Source: a virus (lineage: Duplodnaviria > Caudoviricetes). Taken from it: a DNA stretch of 45,934 nt. Below are positions 26,301-33,791 of this stretch, one piece after another. The notes under the pieces were generated by a model that saw nothing but the letters and a program-made list of their open reading frames with translations, was not told the DNA's origin and did no database searches. How positions within the stretch are numbered: position 1 is the first letter of the stretch; each line of letters begins with the position of its first letter. The stretch spans positions 1 through 45,934 of the IMG/VR virus record IMGVR_UViG_3300037313_000916. One strand, written 5' to 3'. Position numbers and translations under genes: made by a program.

Positions 26301-27267
26301 CACGCTGCCGGTCAAGCATCCGATCGCTACGTCGATCCTCGCGAAGCTCGGGGAGCTCCACAACGACGAGGTCATCGACCTACTGGCGTTGCAGGCGGTC
26401 AACGAGTCTGGTGGGCGCATCACGAAAGAGCAGGCCGCCGATGAGTTGCGTAAGGGCGGCTACTCCGGTGTGTTCGGTCGCGTCTGGATCGCGAGCGACG
26501 GCAAGCTGAAAAGCATCGATCTTCAGCGCGTCAACCCGTTCACCAACGCTCTCGCTGGCGTTCTCGATGGTGGCGTGCGCGCGCTGCCCGGCTTGTTGTC
26601 CCCGGCGCTCCAGGCCGTCTCCGACCTTGCGTATGGGCGGTCGGCGTTCCAGGACCGCCCGCTGAACTTCGGCGGCAAGGACGTCGAGCGGGCGGCAGAC
26701 ATCACGCTTGGGCAGGGCGCAAGGTACGTTGGGCGGACGCTGGCGCGTACCGCGTTCCCGATTCGTGCTGCCGACAACATCCTCAACCCGGGGTCGCAGA
26801 GCGACGACAGCCTCCCGGTTGTGGGGGACCGCCCGCGAGTCCCGCAGACCGATACGCAGGCGAAGCGCGAAGCGCAGAAGGTTCGCGACAAGGGACCGTT
26901 CTCGCAGCGACTCGCGAGCCAGGTCCTGCCGTTGCAAGCCAAGCCGGATAACACCGCTCGCGGGGTCTCCGGCCGCGTCTTGCATGAGCGGATGGCCGCA
27001 CTGGACGCCCGCAAGAACCAGCTTGAGCAGGCTGGCAAGAAGTTCCGGCCCGGGTCGCGTTTCTTTACCCCGGAGTATCAGAGCCTGTTGGATGAGGAGA
27101 AGCGGCTGCGGACTACGCCTGGCGAGACGCCGAAAAAGGTCGTTCGCGGCAAGCGGTACCTCACTCCGGCGCAGAAGTTCCAGAAGGAAGTCGACGATTT
27201 CCGGAAGCAGGCGAACAAGACGCCCGAGGAGATGCGTCAGGAAGTCAACGCGTACTTTGGTCGCTAG
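23353..27267 (+). CDS. large internal virion/ejection protein (1304 aa)
   Basis: Largest ORF, helical and basic, no tape-measure periodicity; position typical of podovirus ejectosome proteins. Confidence 0.6.
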   Translation: MRGIESGGGKPRKPLKKKPPTPAPRRGGAADTWKQPGYTPPKSQTPTKPHPPKPHPSEVKDVKSDADRKRAEPTVRRELKLIRQREAARKEAARINAAAKGRTLTVKTHRDSPVKDVAHAADNVLRVVYPRGKKGGKGAPAGSAVSSVPMVATGGPARRAKNIGTALYLDPVGVPKNTIKSLPSIAAGAVGATGSIINDAAHGRATTLKKLPGEAAKGYKRRYGASDAEQIRQIRKEGAASDVSDAAAVLGGGGAVIGRALTPIAKTGALGEKAAKVASEARPKLRVLPGEGGAKTQPKSKNLFVAGVQDARDQRRAKKIAKQQARHEAEGTPVRGVVPEGPDEVVRTSLRRQRHEQHKATAGQVSRGHIRLKNKQDREVRQGIERERRTLRKATPKNARGVVADAEQLALEGHINFDDVARTRELLTARRAAIVSHRAEHKTKVPKTRGKSNDDLARIDRVLKALDENPSSVLSPALRDFHAKQVDRYHRLRGDEQIVDALTADVRRYMPLARTTGDAKAFEAKVARIEEKHANGDFGAPESSTAAAKANELVDRARTQFVATVKAKATHMGVGEPVYVLHRPRPTAGYADYAAGGSRAVAGPKKTSYKLHDTGTQDVTPGAYTQGVAKTIKRNVNWNTVADVLERNAVPWSRGTAGGGRTVEKLRQEIDTRGLDERDWAVVDLGVYRKNLEAATVGRGDDLISTGEAGLHDALTKATYDLAGAESQFVRTNRRFVVVPRAVANELRDMTKPAGTIRRGAQKFQGWQSRVLLNLNPTFVPIQVIGTTPLAIYALRGNVKDLLAAQGWYKDLDTASRDVVDERLGISPARSATQSPRLGAASPDNRLIRFFQAVVDSDRAQRIKGSWANPLNWNPIFDDAQNGFFRKAVFYNQAKRQAAQGMGRSADAIRSDAAPLIDILKMPAGEAKIRALRRAEPQIEQVAQHVDDWLGNYLRFTARERQYLKTALLFYGFLRWSLKFTLYTLPVKHPIATSILAKLGELHNDEVIDLLALQAVNESGGRITKEQAADELRKGGYSGVFGRVWIASDGKLKSIDLQRVNPFTNALAGVLDGGVRALPGLLSPALQAVSDLAYGRSAFQDRPLNFGGKDVERAADITLGQGARYVGRTLARTAFPIRAADNILNPGSQSDDSLPVVGDRPRVPQTDTQAKREAQKVRDKGPFSQRLASQVLPLQAKPDNTARGVSGRVLHERMAALDARKNQLEQAGKKFRPGSRFFTPEYQSLLDEEKRLRTTPGETPKKVVRGKRYLTPAQKFQKEVDDFRKQANKTPEEMRQEVNAYFGR

Positions 27268-27455
27268 TCGAACAGTGCGTGCGCGTCGATCTGCCCGGCG
27301 GCGAGAAGCACACCGAGGATGACCGCCCACGCAGCGAACGTCGCGAATGCTGCGGCAACGAGGCGGCTGTCGCCGCGATCAGAGCCGTATCCGGCGGTCA
27401 TCCCACAAGCGGCCCATGGCCCGAATATCACTGCTAGCTGAGCCCATCCCGGCAC
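27264..27455 (-). CDS. small two-TM membrane protein (moron)
   Basis: Two hydrophobic segments; fills the intergenic gap in antisense; TAAGGT 8 nt upstream of the GTG. Confidence 0.6.
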   Translation of the reverse strand: MPGWAQLAVIFGPWAACGMTAGYGSDRGDSRLVAAAFATFAAWAVILGVLLAAGQIDAHALFD

Positions 27456-27486
27456 AGCCGTTCACCTTACCGCCCGGAGCGTCCCT

Positions 27487-28452
27487 TTGCCGAACTATCG
27501 TCTAGCTGCGGAGCGGGCCGCTCGCAAGTACGGCATCGATCCGAAGATCTTCCTGGCGATGATCAACCAGGAGTCGGGGTTCAACCCGACAGCTCGATCG
27601 TCTGCGGGCGCGCAGGGTATCGCGCAGTTCATCCCGCCGACCGCCAAGGCGTATGGCGTGGATCTGAACGATGGGCGCGCAACCGATGATCTTGAGGGCG
27701 CCGCAAGGTATCTGCGGGACAATCTCGCGAAGACCGGCGGGAACTATCACCAAGCGCTGTCGATCTACAACAGTGGTCGTCCGGATGCGTATCGCGATCC
27801 GACTTTCGCGAAGGGCCAGACGTACAACTATGTGCGGTCGATCCTGGCCGCTGCGGGCAACGGGAAGCCGCAGGGCCGGGGTACCGCCAGCTCTAGGGCT
27901 GGGGGCGCGTCTACGACCACGACCACGAAGACGATCCCGGGGGTCGACAACTCTGAGCAGCGTCGCGCGCTCGTCGCCGCGTATCTCGCTAACACGCACA
28001 ACCCGAGCGCGCTGACCGCGCTTGCGGCTGGGCTGTTGGGCGCGAAGGACACCCCGGCGCAGACCGTCACGTCCACCAAGACCACTAAGGGCGCCAGTAC
28101 GGGTAGTTCGGGGGCGAAGGGTCGTTCGCCGCTGCTCGAACTGTTCTGGCAAGGACAGGGCGGCATCAACGTCAAAAACGGCAAAAAGGTCCCACAAGGC
28201 TTCGTGGAAGGCCACGCCGACCACGTACACGTCGCGGCCGGCCCGAAGACCGTGGTGGAACTCGGGAAGCTCGCGCAGGCGATGGGTCTCCGGGTGGGGG
28301 AGAACAGCCACTTCGATGGCGGCCGGCGAATCATAACCGGCCACGCCCCCAATTCGTATCACTACAAGGATGAGGCGATTGATGTGTCGGGAGACCCGGC
28401 CGCTATGCGCGCGTTCGCTCACAGGGTCGCAGCCCTCTACAAAATCCGATAG
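27487..28452 (+). CDS. virion-associated peptidoglycan hydrolase: SLT lytic transglycosylase + permuted M15-like peptidase
   Basis: QESGFNP.A.S.AGA.GIAQF...ARYL...YNSG SLT motifs; C-terminal HADHVHV and SYH...AID. Confidence 0.85.
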   Translation: MPNYRLAAERAARKYGIDPKIFLAMINQESGFNPTARSSAGAQGIAQFIPPTAKAYGVDLNDGRATDDLEGAARYLRDNLAKTGGNYHQALSIYNSGRPDAYRDPTFAKGQTYNYVRSILAAAGNGKPQGRGTASSRAGGASTTTTTKTIPGVDNSEQRRALVAAYLANTHNPSALTALAAGLLGAKDTPAQTVTSTKTTKGASTGSSGAKGRSPLLELFWQGQGGINVKNGKKVPQGFVEGHADHVHVAAGPKTVVELGKLAQAMGLRVGENSHFDGGRRIITGHAPNSYHYKDEAIDVSGDPAAMRAFAHRVAALYKIR

Positions 28453-28460
28453 GTCCAGCG

Positions 28461-28664
28461 ATGACTCCAGCCGAGATCACGACGATCTTGTATCGCCTCG
28501 ACAAGCAAGACGAAGTGCTGGGAGAGATCCAGCACCACGTCTCGAAAACCAACGGGCGGGTGATGAAGCTCGAGATCTGGCAAGCCCGCGTGATCGGGGC
28601 CGTCGCTGTGCTGGCGTTCTTGCTGAGCGCCGTGGCTCTCCCGGTGCTCGTCGCCGTGCTTTAG
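28461..28664 (+). CDS. holin-like / XhlA-like membrane protein
   Basis: Coiled coil, TNGRV..LE, C-terminal TM helix; precedes the endolysin. Confidence 0.6.
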   Translation: MTPAEITTILYRLDKQDEVLGEIQHHVSKTNGRVMKLEIWQARVIGAVAVLAFLLSAVALPVLVAVL

Positions 28665-28724
28665 CCCGCTCGCTGCGGGATTCCTCTTTCTAGTCTGTCC
28701 TCACGTCCGCCCAAGGTGGTCCAT

Positions 28725-29270
28725 ATGGTTGTGCTTCCGAACACGCGACAGTCCTACGAGTCGCAGGTCGTTCACGGCAAGCGCGCCCGCACAAAGGGCG
28801 TCGTCATTCACACCATCGAGGGCACCGACGAGGGCGCCGTCTCATGGTTCGCGAATCCGTCGGCTGGTGGTGTCGGGGCGCACATCGTCGTTGGTCATGC
28901 CCCGCCTCGGGTGGTGCAGCTCTGCGACCTCGATGCCGTGTGCTGGCATGCCGTCGGCGCGAACAGCGAGTACATCGGCATCGAGCACGAGGGATGCGCA
29001 GCCGACTCGAAGGTGACGTGGATGCGTCGCCGGAAGCAGCGCATCCTGTCCGCGAACCGTGTCGCCTACATCTGCTGGCACTACGGCCTTGGTACGCCGC
29101 GCAAGGGTTTCAACGTGTTCGGGCACATCGACTTCCCACGGGGTGGCCACCACGACCCGGGTCCCGGGTTCTGGGTCGGCGGGCTGTACATGGCGGCATG
29201 TCGGCGGGCCCACAAGAACCTGCAACGCTCGAACGGTCGGCGCTGGACCCGATTCGGAGGTAACAAGTGA
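28725..29270 (+). CDS. endolysin, N-acetylmuramoyl-L-alanine amidase (Amidase_2)
   Basis: VVIHTIEG, GAHIVV, CWHA.GAN...IGIEHEG, GH.D...H.DPG. Confidence 0.9.
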   Translation: MVVLPNTRQSYESQVVHGKRARTKGVVIHTIEGTDEGAVSWFANPSAGGVGAHIVVGHAPPRVVQLCDLDAVCWHAVGANSEYIGIEHEGCAADSKVTWMRRRKQRILSANRVAYICWHYGLGTPRKGFNVFGHIDFPRGGHHDPGPGFWVGGLYMAACRRAHKNLQRSNGRRWTRFGGNK

Positions 29271-29428
29271 AAGCATCGAATCATCCGACCGGCATCGCTG
29301 CTGCGGTCGCCATGATTATGGTTATCGTCGCGCAGCAGTTCAGTATCGATCTGAGCCCGGAGGTTGCGGCAGGGATCGTCGGGTTGGTAGCCGCGATCGT
29401 CAGCAAGTTCACGCCGCGCCATGCCTAG
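29267..29428 (+). CDS. holin (53 aa, two TM)
   Basis: Not in track. GTGA overlap; MKASNHPTGIAAAVAMIMVIVAQQFSIDLSPEVAAGIVGLVAAIVSKFTPRHA*; GGAGG RBS. Confidence 0.7.
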   Translation: MKASNHPTGIAAAVAMIMVIVAQQFSIDLSPEVAAGIVGLVAAIVSKFTPRHA

Positions 29429-30341
29429 CAGTTCGTCGCTTGCGCCTCATGCGCGCGAGGTGACCGCCCTGGTCTCACAGGGCGTACCGAACCGGCAGAT
29501 CGCTGTTCGCTTCAACGTGGACGAGGCGACCGTCCGCCGGTTCCGCGCAAAGGCTGGCATCGGCGAACCCGCACCACCGGACCCGCTGACCGCAGACATC
29601 GAGGATCGCGAGATCCCTCTGTTCGTCAGGGACTACTCGCACTGCGATTCGCTGTACCTGTACGCCCTTGGTGACGTTCACAAGGGCGCGCGCACCCACA
29701 AGCGCGAGCAGTGGCGACAGTGGATCGACTACCTTGCGCACACCGAGCGGACCGCCATGATCGGCACAGGCGACATGCTGAACGCCGCGATCCTGGGCTC
29801 CAAGTCCGACGTGTATGACGAGGTGCTTTCGGTCGGTAAAGCGAAGCGCGAGATCCGCGACGAACTCCGGCCGTTGGCTGACGCCGGCCGCCTCGATCTG
29901 CTGATGCCAGGCAACCATGAAGATCGCATCTCCCGCGCGATTGGTGATTGCCCGATCGAGGACATCGCCGATAGCCTGAACGTGAACTACGCGGCGGCAG
30001 CGGCATGGATGGTGTACCGCGTCGGCGATGTTGAGTACGACGTGTACCTCCGTCACGGCACCGGCAACGGCCAGTCGTTGGTGACGTTGTCGAAGGGCGG
30101 GATGGTCGCCGAAGCAGATCTATACATAACTGGTCATACCCATCGGATGGCGGCCACTGCCGATGAAATCTTCTGTCGTCGCGAGGGCCAGGTTGGGCGT
30201 CGTCGTCGCTATTACGTGTCTTCTGGTAGCTGGCTGGGCTATGAGTCCTATGCGGCGCAGCGTGGTTATCCGCCTTCGCGGATCGGGGCGCCGAGGGTGT
30301 ATCTCTCGGGCCGCAAGCACGACATCCACTGCTCAATCTGA
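29421..30341 (+). CDS. HTH + calcineurin-like metallophosphoesterase
   Basis: N-terminal NRQIAVRFNVDEATVRR HTH; GDVH, GD, GNHE, HG and GHTH motifs. Confidence 0.85.
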   Translation: MPSSSSLAPHAREVTALVSQGVPNRQIAVRFNVDEATVRRFRAKAGIGEPAPPDPLTADIEDREIPLFVRDYSHCDSLYLYALGDVHKGARTHKREQWRQWIDYLAHTERTAMIGTGDMLNAAILGSKSDVYDEVLSVGKAKREIRDELRPLADAGRLDLLMPGNHEDRISRAIGDCPIEDIADSLNVNYAAAAAWMVYRVGDVEYDVYLRHGTGNGQSLVTLSKGGMVAEADLYITGHTHRMAATADEIFCRREGQVGRRRRYYVSSGSWLGYESYAAQRGYPPSRIGAPRVYLSGRKHDIHCSI

Positions 30342-30342
30342 C

Positions 30343-30651
30343 ATGTTCGGTACTCCCAAGCCGGCGGCTGACGACCATACGTTCGTCGCGGAACTCACGC
30401 CTTATCAGCGCCTCGAGCTGCTGTCGATCATGCGTAAGCAGTCCTCGAACGCCGTCAACAAGGGGATCATCGAGGCGTTGGAGTTGGCGGAACGTTTGGA
30501 TCTCCCCCCGATCAAGCGTGAGGACTGGGACCGCAGGGAGCGCTGGGCGCAGGCCGGTTATTCGCTGATCGATCAGTTGATCGACGGCTTCCACCCGAAG
30601 GAAGACCCGTCGCCGAAGCCCACGCTCAAACCACCGGGAGAAACAGCGTGA
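30343..30651 (+). CDS. hypothetical protein
   Basis: ATG two nt after the previous stop; coupled to the next gene. Confidence 0.55.
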   Translation: MFGTPKPAADDHTFVAELTPYQRLELLSIMRKQSSNAVNKGIIEALELAERLDLPPIKREDWDRRERWAQAGYSLIDQLIDGFHPKEDPSPKPTLKPPGETA

Positions 30652-31124
30652 TCATCCAGGACCACCCGTTCGAGCCGTCCGCGGCCGCCAACCCGAGGCT
30701 GCACCGGTCGTGCGGGAAGTGCTCACGCATCCCGGAGGCGCACCCCGTCGGCCGCGACCCCCAGGCGGAGCGGCAGTTCCTCGCCGACGCCGTGGAACTC
30801 GTCGGGCTGGTCCGTGGAATGTCTCACAACCCAGGCGCTACCGCTTCGTTTGTGAAATCGGTGTGGGCGAGGCTTGAGGCCGGCGCGCGTACGTACGGCG
30901 AGAACGAGTACCTGAACCGGGACAACCTCGAGGAGGCGTTGGAGGAGGGGCCGGACATCAGCGGCTACTCGATGCTCGAGCTGGCGCGGTTGGCGTTCGA
31001 GGGAGCATCCGATGATGACCTGTCGGAGATCCGGGTGGATCTCGTGTCCGCTACGGCTCATGCGGCGATCGCGGATCAGTACCTCAGGGCTGCTCGGGAG
31101 AAGCGGCAGGAGCTCGGGCTGTGA
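30648..31124 (+). CDS. putative all-alpha nucleotide pyrophosphatase (MazG/dATP-dGTP diphosphohydrolase-like)
   Basis: RLEAGARTYG...LEEALEE..D...Y acidic helical motif; N-terminal H..CxxC..H. Confidence 0.5.
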   Translation: MIIQDHPFEPSAAANPRLHRSCGKCSRIPEAHPVGRDPQAERQFLADAVELVGLVRGMSHNPGATASFVKSVWARLEAGARTYGENEYLNRDNLEEALEEGPDISGYSMLELARLAFEGASDDDLSEIRVDLVSATAHAAIADQYLRAAREKRQELGL

Positions 31125-31369
31125 AGTGGGCTGTGAAGTGTTTGCGGTGCGACAACACGTTGGTTGGCGGGAAGTGCCCGGGGTGTTCGAACATCGAGGC
31201 GCGCTGGGGCGACTTCCTGGAGCATTTGGAGGGTGGTGGCGCCCCGTTTGGTGGCGAGTTCAACGCGAGCATCAGCGAGGTTGTCGACGGGTACTCAGAG
31301 GTGATCCGCCGGTTGAAGGCTGACGTTGCGGCCTGGGAAGATCAGCACGGGGAGTCGCGGCCGGAGTGA
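31121..31369 (+). CDS. Zn-ribbon hypothetical protein
   Basis: CLRC...CPGC; GTGA overlaps on both sides. Confidence 0.5.
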   Translation: MKWAVKCLRCDNTLVGGKCPGCSNIEARWGDFLEHLEGGGAPFGGEFNASISEVVDGYSEVIRRLKADVAAWEDQHGESRPE

Positions 31370-31698
31370 GCCGGTTTTGGACGTGTCGGCGGTGCCGGGT
31401 CCGGCTGCCGAGGATCAAGCAGAAGTGCCCGGAGTGCGGGGCCGCGAGGCCGGTGCGGCGTACGGCCGCTCAGAAGGCGCTCGCGGACGAGTACGGCGTG
31501 TGGGAAGCCCGGTTCGGAGCGGCCTGCGGGATCTGCGGCAGGGGGGCGTCGGAGCGCCGCCGGCTCGATCGTGACCACGATCACAAGACCGGGGAGGCGA
31601 GGGGGCTCTTGTGCGCGAGATGCAACCGGGCGTTGCCGTCGTGGATGACGGCGGAGTGGCTGACGAAGGCCGCTGCGTACCTGTCTCGCTGCGCGTAA
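31366..31698 (+). CDS. endonuclease VII-family protein
   Basis: CGICG...LDRDHDHKTG.ARGLLC.RCN.AL signature; N-terminal Zn ribbon. Confidence 0.85.
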   Translation: MSRFWTCRRCRVRLPRIKQKCPECGAARPVRRTAAQKALADEYGVWEARFGAACGICGRGASERRRLDRDHDHKTGEARGLLCARCNRALPSWMTAEWLTKAAAYLSRCA

Positions 31699-31724
31699 CG
31701 ACCCGAAACCTCCATCGTTTCTGC

Positions 31725-31759
31725 GCGGCCCGCCCCTCAGGCGGGCCGTTTTGTCGTTT
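31725..31759 (+). terminator. intrinsic terminator ending the late operon
   Basis: GCGGCCCGCC-cctca-GGCGGGCCGT followed by TTTGTCGTTT. Confidence 0.8.
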
Positions 31760-31999
31760 CAATGACCGCGAGGCTCCAGCAATCGGCTATTCGTCCGATC
31801 AGTCCTTATGGAGCCCCGGGAATGCAGGACGATCCCCCCGTCAGGGATTGGCGAGGGATCGTGATCGGTCCAGTACGTTCCCAGGAAGAAGGAAAACGGT
31901 TGTTGCTTTCGGCAAGGCAGGCCAGCGGTGTGCGGATCATCCTCGAGGCGCTCGAGGACGCTCTGCCATTGCTGGAAGGCTGCGCGTTGCAGCCGGTGG

Positions 32000-32437
32000 C
32001 TAGCGCGGCTTTGGGCGCTTTCGCCCGGTTGGAGGCTGCGGCGTCATCTGATCCGCAGTCGTTGCGAGGTTAGCTAGGGCCTCTACGGCCTTGGAGAGGG
32101 CATCGAGCTGGGCCACGATGGCCTGTTGTCCAGTCTCGATGCTCTCCAAACGCTCCTCCACGCCGTCGCCGTCGCCGGAGAACGCCCCCATGAGGTCTGG
32201 GGTTTCCCTCGGCTCGTCGTCGCGGGCGTAGAAGTAGCTGACGTCCACATCAAGCGCCTCGGCGAGCTTCTCAAGGTACCGCTCGCTCGGCTTGTAGACG
32301 CCGCGCTCCCAGTTCGAGACGTGCTGGTTACTGACGGCCGCCGGCATCCGGTCGGCTAGCTCGCGCTGGTTCAGACCGAGTTCTTCCCTGCGTGCGCGCA
32401 GGCGTTCGCCGATCCGTACGGCGATCTCGCTGGCCAT
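32000..32437 (-). CDS. CI-like XRE repressor
   Basis: IGERLRARREELGLNQRELA...VSNWERG...P....LEKLAEALDV. Start at 32437 supported by a leaderless promoter. Confidence 0.85.
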   Translation of the reverse strand: MASEIAVRIGERLRARREELGLNQRELADRMPAAVSNQHVSNWERGVYKPSERYLEKLAEALDVDVSYFYARDDEPRETPDLMGAFSGDGDGVEERLESIETGQQAIVAQLDALSKAVEALANLATTADQMTPQPPTGRKRPKPR

Positions 32438-32444
32438 GAGCTGC

Positions 32445-32473
32445 AACCTAAGCGCTTCTAGCTGCGCTGTCAT
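32445..32473 (-). promoter_or_regulatory. leaderless repressor promoter (PRM-like)
   Basis: Minus strand ATGACA-17 bp-TAGGTT, then 7 nt to the ATG at 32437. Confidence 0.65.
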
Positions 32474-32492
32474 CGCTGTTCCGTTAGGAGAC

Positions 32493-32520
32493 TTGACACT
32501 AGTCGGCATGCTGCTAGAGT
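32493..32520 (+). promoter_or_regulatory. early lytic promoter (PR-like), leaderless
   Basis: TTGACA-16 bp-TAGAGT with extended TG, 8 nt before ATG 32529. Palindrome TGTAGCTACA at 32520-32529 covers the start region. Confidence 0.7.
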
Positions 32521-32528
32521 GTAGCTAC

Positions 32529-32774
32529 ATGACGACTAATGGCAAGCCTACCCGTCTCGCCGCTACCGTAGGCCGCAACATTCGGGCTGCGCGGCTCTCC
32601 ATGGGCTTGCGGCAGCACGATCTCGCGGTGGCGCTCGGGACCGGCGATGCGATGCGCATCAGCCGGTGGGAGCGCGGCGAGCATCGCCCGAAGGACGACA
32701 ACCTTCTGCACCTCGCCCAGGTGCTCGGCCGCGACGTGGCGTGGTTCTACACCGACCACGAGATGGCGGCATGA
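32529..32774 (+). CDS. Cro-like XRE regulator
   Basis: VGRNIRAARLSMGLRQHDLA...ISRWERG..P....L.HLA..LG; divergent from the repressor. Confidence 0.85.
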   Translation: MTTNGKPTRLAATVGRNIRAARLSMGLRQHDLAVALGTGDAMRISRWERGEHRPKDDNLLHLAQVLGRDVAWFYTDHEMAA

Positions 32775-32993
32775 ATCTTCCTGATCAGGGGAAGCGGCGG
32801 TCGGGGGGCCCGGGGCTCCAACTCCACCCCTCGGCCGCCACTGATTCGAGGTCCTCATGAGCTACGTGCTGCCGTGCGCCGTCTGTTTCGCCGGGCCCAC
32901 GCTGATGATCTTCATGACGTGGGTGTGTGACTGGTCCGCTCGCCAGACCCCGGTCTGGACCGACGTGCCGGTTTGGGGCGAGGAGGAGGAAGC

Positions 32994-33791
32994 ATGACCG
33001 ACGCGATCGACACGACCGCAGTTGAGGTCGGCACCGAGGTCGCGGTCGTCGAGCATCATCAGCCCGCTGGCCTGTTCCGCACCGAGGACCCCGTTGAGGT
33101 CGTCGAGAAAGCCGTCCGTGTCGCTGACGCCCTCAAGGCGGTGATCGTGAGCAAGCAGTTGTTCACGATGATCCAGGGCAAGGCGCACGTCGGTGTGGAG
33201 GGATGGACTCTGCTCGGGTCGATGCTCGGCGTGACCGCGGTTTGCACGCACACCGAGAAGCTCGACGACGTGACGTGGAAGGCGACCGTCGAGGCGCGCG
33301 ATCAGCACGGCCGGGTTGTCGGTCAGGCGGACGCGTTGTGCTCCGGTCGCGAGAAGCGTGGCCCGTGGAAGAACGCCGACGACTACGCGCGCTGCTCGAT
33401 GGCGCAGACCCGCGCGACGTCGAAGGCGTTGAAGGGGCCCCTTGGCTTTGTGTTGTCGCTCGCGGGGTACGCGACGACCCCGGCGGAGGAAATGACCTTC
33501 GCTGAACCCGACTTGCCAACGCCGGTTTCCTCCTCTCCGGCGCAGGCAAGTGGCGGCCGGCCCGTGCCCCCCGCGGGACCGGCCGCCCAATCTTCCGAGG
33601 ACCCGTGGCCCGATCGGACGGTCGCGAGGGTCAAGAAGCTCGGGATGCAGACTGACATTCGCGACAAGCTCGCGAACATCGGTGTGGTCATCCCGAAGGG
33701 CGCGCATGTCGCGCCTGTGCTGCCGCGCCTGACCGGCAAGCAGCGCCAGGAGATCGACGGGTGGCTCGGGCTGTTGGAGCGGGCGGCATGA
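32994..33791 (+). CDS. putative single-strand annealing recombination protein
   Basis: IQGK.HV.VEGW, SMAQTRA.SKA, TPAEEM; strong RBS; early-arm position. Exact family uncertain. Confidence 0.55.
   Translation: MTDAIDTTAVEVGTEVAVVEHHQPAGLFRTEDPVEVVEKAVRVADALKAVIVSKQLFTMIQGKAHVGVEGWTLLGSMLGVTAVCTHTEKLDDVTWKATVEARDQHGRVVGQADALCSGREKRGPWKNADDYARCSMAQTRATSKALKGPLGFVLSLAGYATTPAEEMTFAEPDLPTPVSSSPAQASGGRPVPPAGPAAQSSEDPWPDRTVARVKKLGMQTDIRDKLANIGVVIPKGAHVAPVLPRLTGKQRQEIDGWLGLLERAA

Noticed and set aside
23353-27267. Tape measure protein or virion RNA polymerase
   Set aside because: No tape-measure repeat periodicity, no flanking tail tube or chaperone genes, and no polymerase motif recognised.
2642-27330. 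Many long antisense or alternative-frame ORFs (e.g. 2642-4096, 4821-6332, 12917-14224, 15595-16857, 22357-23709, 23725-25098)
   Set aside because: They are shadows of high-GC coding genes: no motifs, R/P/A-rich, and fully overlapping well-supported + strand genes.
31116-31139. 12-bp tandem duplication GGGCTGTGAAGT x2
   Set aside because: Only two copies at a gene junction with no spacer; not CRISPR-like and probably a local duplication.
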